Shown here: in pieces, positions 1 through 10,216 of the stretch
Layout of the letters: each line of letters starts with the position of its first letter
Position numbering within the stretch: the first letter of the stretch is position 1
Notes under the pieces: model-generated
The model's input: the letters and a program-made list of their open reading frames with translations, nothing else
Database searches by the model: none
Told to the model about the DNA's origin: nothing
Translations under genes and position numbers: made by a program
Assembly: GCA_965205845.1 (NCBI GenBank)
Contig: CBDBIG010000003.1
Coordinates: 670,305 to 734,304 of the forward strand
Direction: 5' to 3'
DNA: 64,000 nt
DNA from: a bacterium
GTDB lineage: Bacteria; SAR324; JACQKK01

Positions 1-250
1 TGTGAGGAGGGTCTGCATCCTTCAAGTTGTAGGCTTTAGAGAACCCGGTTTTGGCGGGACGCACCCATATTTAACAACTTATCCTGAGCTTGATTGTGAG
101 GAGGGTCTGCATCCTTTCAAGTTGTAGGCTTTAGAGAACCCGGTTTTGGCGGGACGCACCCATATTTAACAACTTATCCTGAGCTTGATTGTGAGGAGGG
201 TCTGCATTCCTCAAGTTGTAGGCTTTAGAGAACCCGGTTTTGGCGGGAGG
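1..250. repeat. Tandem direct repeat, ~94-bp unit x ~2.6 copies (tgtgaggagggtctgcatcc...atcctgagcttgat), at the 3' flank of the lpoA-like gene.
   Basis: Read directly: near-identical units begin at 1, 95 and 189; copy 3 diverges near 247. Confidence 0.85.
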
Positions 251-253
251 CAC

Positions 254-2752
254 TCATAGAGGCAGGCGAAACACGCTGCCATGCTCCATCTTGAAAAAGA
301 CTCCGGGTTTTTCGACGGTGCCTTTGTGGGTAAAGCGGATGGTGGGGGTGATGGGAGTGCGAAACGTTTTCTGCCTGAGCAAGCGCGCCACGCCGCTGCG
401 CGTATTACCTCCTTTGCTTTGCAAAATATCCCTTAAAATGTACATCGTTTCGTAGCCAAGGGCGGTGTAGGGCGAGGGTGAAAGGTAGGGTGTGCGCCAC
501 CCGTATATGTGTTGATGCTGTGCCATAAAAGCTGCCGTGCTGGCGTGTAGGCCACGTGAGTCGAAAGTGTCGTGAAACACGCCTCCAATGAGTTTATTGG
601 CACTATTAAGCAGCACGCTGGGTTGATTCCAATAGCGATTCCCAATGAACAAAGCATTTTCAGCGTCTATGGTGGTGGGATAAGAGATAATGTGTTGAAA
701 GTTTCTGCCACCATTTGGGCCAATGGCTATCAGCAAACCCTCAAAATCGACCAGAGGGTCAGGCTTTTCTTTGAGGTCTTCCATTAAATTTTTCTCTTTT
801 GTGCTCAATGGGCGTCCCAGTGCGGCAATGTGTGCAAAGGCGTTGCGCAACGCTTGGCCTAGTTTGCGCGGAATTCTGTTACCCGCAGGGGCAAAAGCCA
901 CCGATGCATTCACTTTTCCACCTTCTGCGCGGATTTGTTCCCAAAATTCCTCCACAAAACCTTGCCCATAATGGGTGGCAGGGTGCAGCAAGGCAAAGCG
1001 TTTCACGCTGCGATAGTGCACGGCATAACGCACCAAATCCTCCACCTCTTGCTTGATAGACTGGTTATGGCGAAACACCCACCATGCACCCACAGGAATT
1101 TGCATGCCCACCGAAAAAGATAGCAAGGGCACGTGTAGACTCTCTGCACGCTCTGCTGCCTTCTCCGATTCCAGCTTTGCAATGGGTCCAATAATGGCCA
1201 CGACTTGATGCTTATTTACCAAGGTTTCGACCCCCTGGGCTGCTTGGGTGGCACTGCCATCGGTATAATGAATCACCAGTTCTGGCATAACCTGAGTGGG
1301 TGTTTGGCTGAGGGCTTTATTTTGTGTGCCTTCACCTTGGCGTAAATCCTCTGCCCCCCTGGCATCAAGGCGTTTGTCATTGGGTGTTTGGCTGAGGGCT
1401 TTATTTTGTGTGCCTTCACCTTGGCGTAAATCCTCTGCCCCCCTGGCATCAAGGCGTTTGTCATTGGGTGTTTGGCTGAGGGCTTTATTTTGTGTGCCTT
1501 CACCTTGGCGTAAATCCTCTGCCCCCCTGGCATCAAGGCGTTTGTCATTGGGTGTTTGGCTGAGGGCTTTATTTTGTGTGCCTTCACCTTGGCGTAAATC
1601 CTCTGCCCCCCTGGCATCAAGGCGTTTGGCGACCGACTGTGTCTGCCCCCCTGCCCTGGGAGTGTTTTCCGCAATGCTGGGGTTTTGGGCGATAGATTGA
1701 ATCACCATGCGGATCCCATCTAAGGTTTGATGCGCCAAACTGCGCAACAAACGGCTTTTGCTATGCAAGGGCAACAGCACTCCAATGCGCCATGGACGCG
1801 TCCTTTGGCGCTCGCCTTGCTCTTCTTTCAAGCGATGAAGTATGTGTTCATCCTCTTCATCGTTCACCAAACCTTGGGCTTCAATGTGCGCTATTTTTTG
1901 GTCAGCCTCCTCGGTTTCACCCGCATTCAACAACGCCCAAGGGAGAAGTAACGGTTGCTTCTCGTGTAGCCAACTTCCCTGTGAGGGCAAGCTTGCCAAG
2001 GTGTGATCAAGTTTCTTGGGGCTGGGCAGGGTTTCTAAAAGCCGTACAATGTATGCACGCTGGGCGCGTTGCTCTTCTGGATTGCTTGAAAGCGCGGCAC
2101 GCTGTACCAAAAACCCCAAGGCCTTTAAAATTTTTTGCTGCCTTAAAGCATCTTGCGCTTGTATCTTGAGCCACGCAAGCCGTGTCCTCTCCCCAAGGGC
2201 CGCTTGTTGGTCGGCGCTAATCAATGCCGATTGATCAAGGGGTTTTCCGCGCAAAAAGCGGGATTGGGCTAACGCAAACAGCGCATGTCCTACAAAAGGG
2301 TGCTCTAAAAAATGGGTTACAAACTCGCGTGCAAGCAGCTCTTGCTCCCACAAAGGGAGCTTGTTTGCCTGCAACAACAGCCAAACAAGGCAGTGCCCTG
2401 CCAATTGGCGCTGAAGGGATTGTGGTTTTAAAAGGCTTAGGGCGGGGTGCTGGGTGGGCACACTTTTTTGGCGACGCAAAATGGCGCGTTCGCGGCAGGC
2501 AGCAAAGTTTACCCAACGACCCAGCTTTGCAGGGGGTGGTGTCCCCAGTAATTCGGTCAAGGCATCGCTTTTTAATGCATTGCTGGTCAACCCAGGGCGC
2601 CCAGGGGGAAAAGCATCTGTGGCATCACTTAACAAGCTCTGTGCCCTTGCCCGTGACCCCGACAGCCCAAAACCCAACATAAAACCCAGCGCAAGGGCGA
2701 ATACAAGGACGGGCATGGGGTTTGGCAAGGTCTTTTTCCATTCAAGCCGCAT
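254..2752 (-). CDS. lpoA: Penicillin-binding-protein activator LpoA-like lipoprotein: N-terminal helical/TPR-like region plus C-terminal periplasmic-binding-protein (LivK-like) fold. Contains 4 in-frame 28-aa repeats.
   Basis: 832-aa ORF with a signal/lipobox-like N-terminus and a C-terminal type-1 PBP fold (VVAIIGP...). Overall architecture matches the LpoA family. Confidence 0.6.
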   Translation of the reverse strand: MRLEWKKTLPNPMPVLVFALALGFMLGFGLSGSRARAQSLLSDATDAFPPGRPGLTSNALKSDALTELLGTPPPAKLGRWVNFAACRERAILRRQKSVPTQHPALSLLKPQSLQRQLAGHCLVWLLLQANKLPLWEQELLAREFVTHFLEHPFVGHALFALAQSRFLRGKPLDQSALISADQQAALGERTRLAWLKIQAQDALRQQKILKALGFLVQRAALSSNPEEQRAQRAYIVRLLETLPSPKKLDHTLASLPSQGSWLHEKQPLLLPWALLNAGETEEADQKIAHIEAQGLVNDEEDEHILHRLKEEQGERQRTRPWRIGVLLPLHSKSRLLRSLAHQTLDGIRMVIQSIAQNPSIAENTPRAGGQTQSVAKRLDARGAEDLRQGEGTQNKALSQTPNDKRLDARGAEDLRQGEGTQNKALSQTPNDKRLDARGAEDLRQGEGTQNKALSQTPNDKRLDARGAEDLRQGEGTQNKALSQTPTQVMPELVIHYTDGSATQAAQGVETLVNKHQVVAIIGPIAKLESEKAAERAESLHVPLLSFSVGMQIPVGAWWVFRHNQSIKQEVEDLVRYAVHYRSVKRFALLHPATHYGQGFVEEFWEQIRAEGGKVNASVAFAPAGNRIPRKLGQALRNAFAHIAALGRPLSTKEKNLMEDLKEKPDPLVDFEGLLIAIGPNGGRNFQHIISYPTTIDAENALFIGNRYWNQPSVLLNSANKLIGGVFHDTFDSRGLHASTAAFMAQHQHIYGWRTPYLSPSPYTALGYETMYILRDILQSKGGNTRSGVARLLRQKTFRTPITPTIRFTHKGTVEKPGVFFKMEHGSVFRLPL
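1297..1632. repeat. Perfect 84-bp tandem repeat x4 inside the lpoA-like CDS, in frame (28-aa unit KRLDARGAEDLRQGEGTQNKALSQTPND).
   Basis: Units start at 1297, 1381, 1465 and 1549 and are identical. Both strands give repeat-derived ORFs. Confidence 0.9.
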
Positions 2753-2802
2753 GGTGTGTGCTTTCTTGTTTGAGTGGCTTTTGGTTTTAAATATGACACG
2801 CC

Positions 2803-3768
2803 CTAAAAGATCACAATATCAGCGTGCTTTTTTAAGCGTTTAAGCAGGGCGTCAAGGCGCTGCTGATGTTGCTGTTGATATACCTGGGTGTAAAAACGCT
2901 GGTATTGGGGTTGGGTTAACTGCTTGCAGTTTGTCCTTTGACCATGGCGCACGGCAAATACCTTAATTAAGTGCCAGCCAAACTGGGTTTTCACAGCATC
3001 ACTCACCTGCCCAACCTCCATGTCAAAAGCCACTTTTTCAAAGGCATCGACCAACTCACCACGGGCAACAAACCCAAGCCTACCACGGTTTGCCGCGGCA
3101 CTTGGATCTTGCGAAAACGCGCTCGCCAGTGCCTCAAAATTCTCCCCTGAGAGCACGCGCTTGCGTAATTGAACCAGGCGTTCTTTAGCTTCTTTGGCGG
3201 AGATGTTGCGCAGCAAAATATGTCCTATATCCAATTCCTTTCCACCACCGCTTTGTTTTGTACAGGCATGGTCAACATCCGCTTGTGAGACCAAAATGCG
3301 ATAATCGACCTGCTGGGTAATGACTTGGCGTCTTAGAAGGTCACGATAAATAATGGTCTTAAGGTCGGTCTCACTCATTTCATTTTCTATTTGGGGGTTG
3401 CTGCGGTAGATGCGGTCGACTTGTTCATCCAATTTGGATTCCTCCACGCGCAGTTGCAGTTGTTCTGCATGGCTCTCCAGTAACAAATTTTCCACCACTT
3501 GTTGAAGCACTTGTTGGGATAAATTTGTAGGCAAAGGGTCTTTTTGTTGTTTATCTGCCTGGGCACGTTGGTGTTGTACTTTACGCAAGCGCAGCAGTTG
3601 GATAAATTCGCGTTGGGTGATTACCTTGCTGTTTACCACCACTTTTATCCCATCCACCTTCACCCGCCGTGCGCCTTGGGCGCTTGGCAAAAAAAGGCCT
3701 GCGCCCAGTGCCCCCAGCACAATCCACTGTACAAAACGCCATTTCAATGGCACCATAAAACGCCGCAT
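2803..3768 (-). CDS. SurA/PpiD-like periplasmic chaperone with a single parvulin-type peptidyl-prolyl isomerase domain.
   Basis: Signal/TM segment, SurA-N-like helical region and parvulin motif (GFVARGELVDAFEKVAF...GWHLIKV). The ORF extends to 3867; the likely start is Met at ~3768. Confidence 0.7.
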   Translation of the reverse strand: MRRFMVPLKWRFVQWIVLGALGAGLFLPSAQGARRVKVDGIKVVVNSKVITQREFIQLLRLRKVQHQRAQADKQQKDPLPTNLSQQVLQQVVENLLLESHAEQLQLRVEESKLDEQVDRIYRSNPQIENEMSETDLKTIIYRDLLRRQVITQQVDYRILVSQADVDHACTKQSGGGKELDIGHILLRNISAKEAKERLVQLRKRVLSGENFEALASAFSQDPSAAANRGRLGFVARGELVDAFEKVAFDMEVGQVSDAVKTQFGWHLIKVFAVRHGQRTNCKQLTQPQYQRFYTQVYQQQHQQRLDALLKRLKKHADIVIF

Positions 3769-3962
3769 CGGTGGGCGATTCAGCCACCCTTTTTGATAGG
3801 GTGGGCGATGGGGTGGGCAAGGGCAACAACCCTTTAATGTATGCGCTGCTCGCAAAACTATCTTCATGGTAAAATGGGTAGTGCTGCCTTCCTATTATGA
3901 AGGGTGATAAAAATAGGGTGTGGGGATGGCTCCAAGAATGCATCTTCCTTGCAATGGTTTTT

Positions 3963-4817
3963 TTAAGGCAAATACTCCGTGTGTAAACGCTGCACACGGA
4001 GCGCATCCACCCGCTTTAGCTGGTCACGCACCCGCTTAATAAGTGCTTTGTTCTGTCTGGCTGCAGGCACAAAATTGAGCACCCGGGTGCGCCGAAACAA
4101 GCGTTGTTCAATCAAAAAATCCATTTGAAACGGGTAGTGTACATTCAAGGAATCGGAATTGGCCATCACAAAGGGGCCAAATTGAATGGCCAAGCGCCAC
4201 GGCTCTTTGCCATTGCCTTGTATTTGGGTTTCTAGGCGAATGGGGTACAAGGATGCTTCGTCGAGCCACAGCGATTTTTCCTCGTTTTGCCATAATTTAA
4301 GCACATGGGTCGACTTAAGGTGGGGGACAAGGCGGACCACGGTGGGAAACACCCCCCATTCGTTGAGCTCGGTCTGCCATGCCCGTGCAGAACCTTGCAT
4401 AAAGCCCAAAAAGGGCGGGCGTACTTCTTGCACCGAAAAAACACGCTGGCTAAGCGAGGCTGCTTGAATGCTATTTTTTTGTTGAAGATAGACATGCAAC
4501 ACCCTCTTATCCTGAACAGACAAGGTTTCAATAACCAACTGCCTGCCTGCCCGCCAGTAGATACGTTGGATAAAGTTTTTAGCACTGGTGGGCGTTGACT
4601 GAAAAAGCGCAGGCGTTGCATAGTTGGGGGTAAACACCTCGCTGTGGGTTTCCATGTAAGCGCTTCTAAGACCGCCTTTGCGAAGCGCAATCCACTCAAA
4701 CAATTCGTCTAACGAAGGAAGATACGCCAAAGCCAAGGGCGGGACCATCCCAAACCACAACAAGCAAAAAGCCAGCAAGGCCCGTTTACAAAGGCTTGGA
4801 TTGAATCTCGGTTTCAC
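3963..4817 (-). CDS. Hypothetical exported protein (signal peptide), possibly LolA-like or DUF.
   Basis: 284-aa ORF with a hydrophobic N-terminus, co-directional with the upstream gene. No motif recognised. Confidence 0.4.
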   Translation of the reverse strand: MKPRFNPSLCKRALLAFCLLWFGMVPPLALAYLPSLDELFEWIALRKGGLRSAYMETHSEVFTPNYATPALFQSTPTSAKNFIQRIYWRAGRQLVIETLSVQDKRVLHVYLQQKNSIQAASLSQRVFSVQEVRPPFLGFMQGSARAWQTELNEWGVFPTVVRLVPHLKSTHVLKLWQNEEKSLWLDEASLYPIRLETQIQGNGKEPWRLAIQFGPFVMANSDSLNVHYPFQMDFLIEQRLFRRTRVLNFVPAARQNKALIKRVRDQLKRVDALRVQRLHTEYLP

Positions 4818-5285
4818 CTTGTTGCTTCCTTATAGGCTAATACTTGCTAGCAATGGGCTGCCGCAAGACGAGCCCACAAACACGCAAAGTCTTCAAAACG
4901 AAGGCTTGCAGGGTCTTTCGCAGTCACATCGTTAATTTCTCGGTCAAAATGATCCGCAGCGTTTTCCAATAAGGTGCGAGCAGGCTGCCCTCATTTTAGG
5001 CTTCCACGTACCGGTTTTTTGGGTTTTGGGGTGTGCCCTTTTTTTTAAAAAAGCCTTTAAGTAAGCAGGCCACAGTCCCATGGCATTAAGCGAGACGCTT
5101 GCAGCACACGCCCGTTCACCCTATCAGCGTTTTTGGAAAAAAGGTAGATAGCAAAAAGCCCTGCAATCGATTAACAATGGCTAAGAAGTGGGCTTCAACA
5201 TGGCAGCATGGCCCGCCCAGCCTTGAGCCCACTCCTAGGCATCTCGTATTTTAGCAGCCACCAAAGCGTCACCATTTTAAACCCT

Positions 5286-6248
5286 ATGAACAAGCAGCAT
5301 CAAAGAATTTTGCGTATTGGGAGCCGCACCAGTGATTTAGCACTCCGCCAAACCCACGCCATTATGGCAGAACTTAAGGTACATTGGCCGCATTTACCCA
5401 TGCAAGTTTGCCCTTTAGATACCTTGGGTGATGCCGTGCAAAACCAATCAATCGCCGCGTTAGGGAAAAGCCATGGCGAAGGGGTGTTTAACAAAGCCCT
5501 TGAACAAGCCTTGCTAAATGACCAGATAGACCTTGCCACGGCATCGCTCAAGGACGTTGAGGGGCAACTGGCAAATGGGGTCAAAGTGGTGTGCGTGGGT
5601 AAACGCGAAGACCCAAGGGATGCGCTGGTTAGCGTACAAGGATACACCCTTGCAAACCTGCCCGCAAAAGCACGCTTGGGTTGCAGTAGCCCAAGGCGCA
5701 TTGGTCAACTTAAGGCATTGCGTCAGGACATTGAAGCCATGCCCTTGCGTGGGAATGTGCCTACCCGCATCGGGCAAGGTTTGCAGCACTACGATGGCAT
5801 TGTGCTGGCGGCTGCAGGGCTGATTAGATTAGGGTTGCAAGGGCGAGTTAGCCAGTTTTTCTCGCCAGATGCCATATTGCCAGCCCCCGGGCAAGGGGCC
5901 TTGGCAGTGGAGTTTATGAGTAAGCGCAGCGATGTTGCCACTTGGATTACCCCCCTTGAGCACCTACCCACCCAATGCTGTACCTATGCAGAACGCGCTT
6001 TGTTGCGCACGCTAAGTGGTGGCTGTTTTGCGCCTGTTGGTGCCTTGGCCAATGTGGAAAAAGATGGCAGCATGCGCTTAGAAGGGCGTGTGGTCTCCTT
6101 GGATGGTCGCAAAAAAATAGAAGGTGTGGCCCAAGGCCGTTTGCTTGATTGGAAAAGGACAGCCCGACGTTTGGGTGAGCAGCTGCTTGCGCAAGGTGCG
6201 AGACGCTTAATTGAAGACCTGCGCCAGCACCTTGCGCGCCAGGCATAA
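5286..6248 (+). CDS. hemC: Hydroxymethylbilane synthase (porphobilinogen deaminase).
   Basis: Conserved blocks: REDPRDALVS, SSPRR...LRGNVPTRI, GIVLAAAGLIRLGL, PAPGQGALAVE, LSGGCFAPVGALA. The ORF opens at 5208; the likely start is ATG at 5286. Confidence 0.92.
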   Translation: MNKQHQRILRIGSRTSDLALRQTHAIMAELKVHWPHLPMQVCPLDTLGDAVQNQSIAALGKSHGEGVFNKALEQALLNDQIDLATASLKDVEGQLANGVKVVCVGKREDPRDALVSVQGYTLANLPAKARLGCSSPRRIGQLKALRQDIEAMPLRGNVPTRIGQGLQHYDGIVLAAAGLIRLGLQGRVSQFFSPDAILPAPGQGALAVEFMSKRSDVATWITPLEHLPTQCCTYAERALLRTLSGGCFAPVGALANVEKDGSMRLEGRVVSLDGRKKIEGVAQGRLLDWKRTARRLGEQLLAQGARRLIEDLRQHLARQA

Positions 6249-6491
6249 AACCGGTGTCGACCTTAAAGGCCTTTGTTTCCTGGGGTTTTGCCATCAAACC
6301 GCTCGGGCAGGTTTCTGTTGTATGGCAGGTGGTAATAAAGGGGGCGGCTTGCTGAGGGAACGGCATGCTAAAGGGGTTAGAGGCTGGGGGCTTTGGGTGT
6401 GCAAGGTGTTGTGTTACTCGCCAAAACCTTGGGAACTACAAAGAAAAATGACCTAAGTAGAAATACCGGGCTCTACAAGAGTTATCTTAAC

Positions 6492-7014
6492 AGGATAGGT
6501 CTTATTTTCAACTCTCCTGCAAATGCTTTTTTGATGCGATTTTTTGCTATTTGAACATATTCGGTTTTTATTTCGACTCCTATAAACCTTCTATTATGTA
6601 TTAAGGAAGCTATTCCGCTTGAACCTGCTCCCATAATAAGGGTCTAACACAGCATTATTCTCATACCTACCAGATAATCTTTTTTGGCAATGCAATCCAT
6701 GCCCAAAATGCCATATGATTCTATTCCTTAATTTTAATCCTAAATCCTTAAAAACACCATACATTAGGATGTCCAAAGGTGTAATCTCCCCATTTTCAAC
6801 GTAATTTCCTACCTGCCAACAAATGCTACCTTTATAACTTAGCACCCTAACACATTCGGTTATTACATCTTTTTGCCATTTTACGTATTGATCAATATTT
6901 TTTTTCTTTTCGTATTCTTTGCCGACGTTGTAGGGAGGAGAAGTGACCACTAAATCTATAGATTTATCAGGTATATCAACAATTCTTTTTAAAATATCGG
7001 AGTTAAACAGTAGA
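6492..7014 (-). pseudogene. Frameshifted beta-class DNA methyltransferase (motif IV SPPY, probably an N4-cytosine/N6-adenine MTase) in an AT-rich islet. It has no canonical start codon and a +1 frameshift before motif I.
   Basis: Frame A gives ...LLFNSDILKRIVDIPDKSIDLVVTSPPYNVGKEYEKK...VLDPYYGS then stop. Shifting one base after 'tatggg' (near 6648-6650) gives GAGSSGIASLIHNRRFIGVEIKTEYVQIAKNRI (motif I plus following helix). An in-frame TAG lies upstream of the N-terminal region with no ATG/GTG/TTG before it. Confidence 0.75.
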
Positions 7015-7150
7015 TAATCCTCGATATTGAGTTGTTCAATTAATGCGGCTGCCTTATCTATGGTACTAACTCCTTGTAAGACAGATGCTTGTTGCGCTCG
7101 ATTCCTCTACAAATTTTTAGTAGGTTTTAGGGAGGGGTGGGGGGGAGGCA

Positions 7151-7345
7151 CCTTTCTCCTTATCTGGCAAAGGCAGACGCCCAACCGCTCAAGCCTACCT
7201 TTCTCCTTATCTGGCAAAGGCAGATGCCCAACTGCTCAAACCTACCTTTCTCCTTATCTGGCAGAGGCAGACGCCCAACCGCTCAAGCCTACCTTTCTCC
7301 TTTCTGGTGAAAGCAGACGCCCAACCGCTCAAACCTACCTTTTCT
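7151..7345. repeat. 48-bp tandem repeat x4 (cctttctccttatctggcaaaggcagacgcccaaccgctcaagcctac), 3' of ppsA.
   Basis: Read directly. Copies are slightly diverged (gatgcc/gacgcc, aaacc/aagcc). Confidence 0.85.
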
Positions 7346-9713
7346 CCGCTTGCAGCAGTTCTTCGCGTGCTTTGCTCAAAAGGTCCGGACGCACAACAAT
7401 GCCTGCGCTGTCTTTGGTTTTAGGCCAGTTGCAAAAAAAGCTTAAATTGGCTGGCGAGATGTGAGATAGCAGCAAAGGCTTGCCAATTGCTTTGGCAGAT
7501 TCAAGCGCTTGTTCCAGCAACCACAGCACCGCGGGGTGTTTTTCGTCTAAAAGGGGCTTGGCGAGCACGTTAGAGGCATCGATCCCCATAGCCAATTGGG
7601 CCACATCGGCCACATGTACAATCAAACCGTCGCAGGCCGTGCCAAACGCGTTCACGGCGAGCATTTGCGCAGGGGTGCGACACAGTAAATGGATTTCTAC
7701 TTGAGAGGCATCGAAGCCATTTTGTTTGAGCAATGCCTTGAGGGCATCCATCTCTTTCAGGGTGTGCACGGCGGGCAGCACCAGCTGAATGTTGTCCATG
7801 CCAATCTCGCCATAAGCCTTGGCCAACGCTTGTACTTCTAAGGCAAAGGCTTCTTCGTAGTCAAAGTCCTCGTAGCGCGCAAGGGAGCGCGCACCCATAA
7901 AGGGGTTGGCTTCGTCGCGTGCATTTTCACGCCCACCAATCAATTGACTTAAAGTATTGGCAGGGGCATCGGGCAACAAGACCCGCACGGGCTTGGGATA
8001 TACGGCCGCCGCAATGTGGGCAATCGATTGAGAAAGCTTGTCGACAAAGGCTTTTTTCTTATCATCCCAACCCTTGGTGGCCTCTGCAAACGCTTTTGCA
8101 TCTTGGCTGGGTGCTTGGATGCAAGCCATGGGATGCACTTTAACCACATCGCGAATTATCTCATCCATGCGCAACAAACCCACACCATCGTTGGGATAAC
8201 GCGCATCTGCAAAAACCGCATCGGGATTGCTGGCCTGCATCCATACCTTCACCTGTGGGCGTTCAAGTTCTGCCAAGCGAATGACGGCTTTTTTATAGGG
8301 TAAAATGCCCTCATACACAACACCACGACTCCCCTGGGCGCACGAAACGGTGACCTCCTGACCATTTTGAATGGCCTTGGTGGCCCCTGTGGCACCCACA
8401 AGGCAAGGCAAACCCAATTCGCGCGAAATAATGGCCGCATGACTGGTACGCCCGCCCGTTTCGGTTACGATGGCAGAAGCAATTTTCATGATAGGGACCC
8501 AATCGGGGTCGGTGCTTTCTGTGACAAGCACCATCCCTTTTTGAAACTCTTTAATGCTCTCTGGCGTTAAAATCACCGAAGCCAAACCGCTGCCAATATT
8601 TTCTCCCACCGCCATCCCGTCGATGAGTACGCTCGACGTTTTTTCAAGGGTCATTTGTTCAATCACCCCTTGTTCACGGCGCGACACCACGGTTTCAGGG
8701 CGTGCTTGCACGATAAACAAATCTCCACTCTCTCCATCTTTGGCCCATTCCATGTCCATGGGTTTGAAGCCGCCCGCCTCTTGCGAGTAATGATCTTCAA
8801 TCAAGGTAGCCCAGTTGGCAAGTTGCACCACCTCGTCTTCACCCAGGCAAAAGCGATCGCTTTCTTCCCCAGGCACGGGGGTGTTCTCAATGCCCCCTCC
8901 ATCGGTTTTGTACACCATGCGTTGCTGTTTGGCGCCCAGCAAAGCGTGGATAATCGATTTTTTGCCTTGCTTTAAGGTGGGCTTGTGCACATACCATTCA
9001 TCGGGGTTAATCGCCCCTTGCACCACATTTTCTCCCAGCCCATAACCGCCAGTAATGTAAATGGCATCATGAAAACCGCTTTCGGTATCGATCGAAAACA
9101 TCACCCCAGCAGAAGATTTATCGCTGCGCACCATTTTTTGGACGGCGATCGAAAGCGCGACCGAGAAGTGGTCAAAGTGGCGTTCTTGGCGATAGGCAAT
9201 GGCTCTGTCGGTAAACAAAGAGGCAAAGCAAGCACGGCAGCTTTCCAGCAAATGCTCATAGCCGCTCACATTCAAGTAGGTATCTTGCTGACCCGCAAAC
9301 GATGCATCGGGCAGGTCTTCAGCCGTGGCCGAAGAACGCACCGCAACGTCAACCAAATCGACCTTGTAGCGTTCGCACAAAACGTTATAGGCATCCACAA
9401 TGGCCTTCACAATTTCATCAGGCATCATGGTGCTCGTTATCAGGTCGCGCACCTGCTTGCCACGGCTCGACAAATTGGTAAGGTCATTCACATCCAAATC
9501 CGAAAGAATTTGCCCAATGCGTGACCTCACCCCCATGCTTTCGACAAAGTGGTTGTATGCATAGGCAGAGACTGCAAAACCATCGGGCACGCGGACCCCT
9601 TTACCGGTTAAATTGGCAAACATTTCGCCCAGAGAAGCGTTTTTGCCCCCCACCATGGGAACATCTTGAATTCCTAGGTCAGAGAACCAATAGATAAATT
9701 TTTCTTCAGCCAC
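7335..9713 (-). CDS. ppsA: Phosphoenolpyruvate synthase (pyruvate, water dikinase).
   Basis: 792 aa with N-terminal MAEEKF..VGGKNASLGEM, a central phosphohistidine region (GGRTSHAAIISRELGLPCLVG) and a C-terminal PEP-utilising domain. Confidence 0.95.
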   Translation of the reverse strand: MAEEKFIYWFSDLGIQDVPMVGGKNASLGEMFANLTGKGVRVPDGFAVSAYAYNHFVESMGVRSRIGQILSDLDVNDLTNLSSRGKQVRDLITSTMMPDEIVKAIVDAYNVLCERYKVDLVDVAVRSSATAEDLPDASFAGQQDTYLNVSGYEHLLESCRACFASLFTDRAIAYRQERHFDHFSVALSIAVQKMVRSDKSSAGVMFSIDTESGFHDAIYITGGYGLGENVVQGAINPDEWYVHKPTLKQGKKSIIHALLGAKQQRMVYKTDGGGIENTPVPGEESDRFCLGEDEVVQLANWATLIEDHYSQEAGGFKPMDMEWAKDGESGDLFIVQARPETVVSRREQGVIEQMTLEKTSSVLIDGMAVGENIGSGLASVILTPESIKEFQKGMVLVTESTDPDWVPIMKIASAIVTETGGRTSHAAIISRELGLPCLVGATGATKAIQNGQEVTVSCAQGSRGVVYEGILPYKKAVIRLAELERPQVKVWMQASNPDAVFADARYPNDGVGLLRMDEIIRDVVKVHPMACIQAPSQDAKAFAEATKGWDDKKKAFVDKLSQSIAHIAAAVYPKPVRVLLPDAPANTLSQLIGGRENARDEANPFMGARSLARYEDFDYEEAFALEVQALAKAYGEIGMDNIQLVLPAVHTLKEMDALKALLKQNGFDASQVEIHLLCRTPAQMLAVNAFGTACDGLIVHVADVAQLAMGIDASNVLAKPLLDEKHPAVLWLLEQALESAKAIGKPLLLSHISPANLSFFCNWPKTKDSAGIVVRPDLLSKAREELLQAEKR

Positions 9714-9829
9714 GCGTTTCTCTCCAGCCTTTCAAAAAAATAGAAAACAACTTACGCATCACAAATGATGCCTCAATAACAGACACTGGAAATGGTGTGT
9801 TTACGCTTGCATGCAAAATACAACACCGG

Positions 9830-10216
9830 TTACGAAATTTTACCCTCTTCTGCCATTTTGGCAATGGCAGCTTCCATGTCATCCACATCCTCGAGGTAGG
9901 GAATGTCATAGGTGTCGCAGATCTTTTTATGCACAGCCCACAACTGAGAGTGGACCGATTCGGGTTTGGTTGAAATCAAAACATCCTCAGCTTTTGTCTG
10001 TTGATACTGGTTTAAGCCACCGATGATTTTGCTAAAATGTTCTTTAAAGGGTGAATCGGCAATGCCTTCAAGGTTGGTCGCCGTTTTAATTGCCATATTA
10101 AAATAATTGGTGGCAGAATCTTGATCTTTGTTCTGCAAATCGGTAATGCCTTGCTTAATGCATTTGTTAAGGCGATTGAACATTCTCAAATTCCGCACAT
10201 TTTTTAAATCAGCCAT
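9830..10216 (-). CDS. Hypothetical protein in a low-GC island.
   Basis: 128-aa ORF in an AT-rich ~950-bp island between ppsA and guaA. No recognisable motif. Confidence 0.4.
   Translation of the reverse strand: MADLKNVRNLRMFNRLNKCIKQGITDLQNKDQDSATNYFNMAIKTATNLEGIADSPFKEHFSKIIGGLNQYQQTKAEDVLISTKPESVHSQLWAVHKKICDTYDIPYLEDVDDMEAAIAKMAEEGKIS

Noticed and set aside
1-250. Possible CRISPR or att site at the window start
   Set aside because: Contiguous 94-bp units without spacers; no cas genes nearby. Called as a plain tandem repeat.
1273-1700. ORFs 1273..1674 (-) and 1296..1700 (+) with internal amino-acid repeats
   Set aside because: They are alternative-frame readings of the 84-bp x4 repeat inside the 832-aa lpoA-like CDS. 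The long minus-strand frame is the coding one.
3581-4006. ORF 3581..4006 (-) and other 60-150-aa ORFs antisense to or overlapping large conserved genes (e.g. within hemC, ppsA, guaA, rnr)
   Set aside because: Typical high-GC shadow ORFs with no independent support.
7027-7464. ORF 7027..7464 (+), 145 aa
   Set aside because: It reads through the 48-bp tandem array and overlaps the ppsA 3' end on the opposite strand. The repeat-derived sequence has no coding signature.
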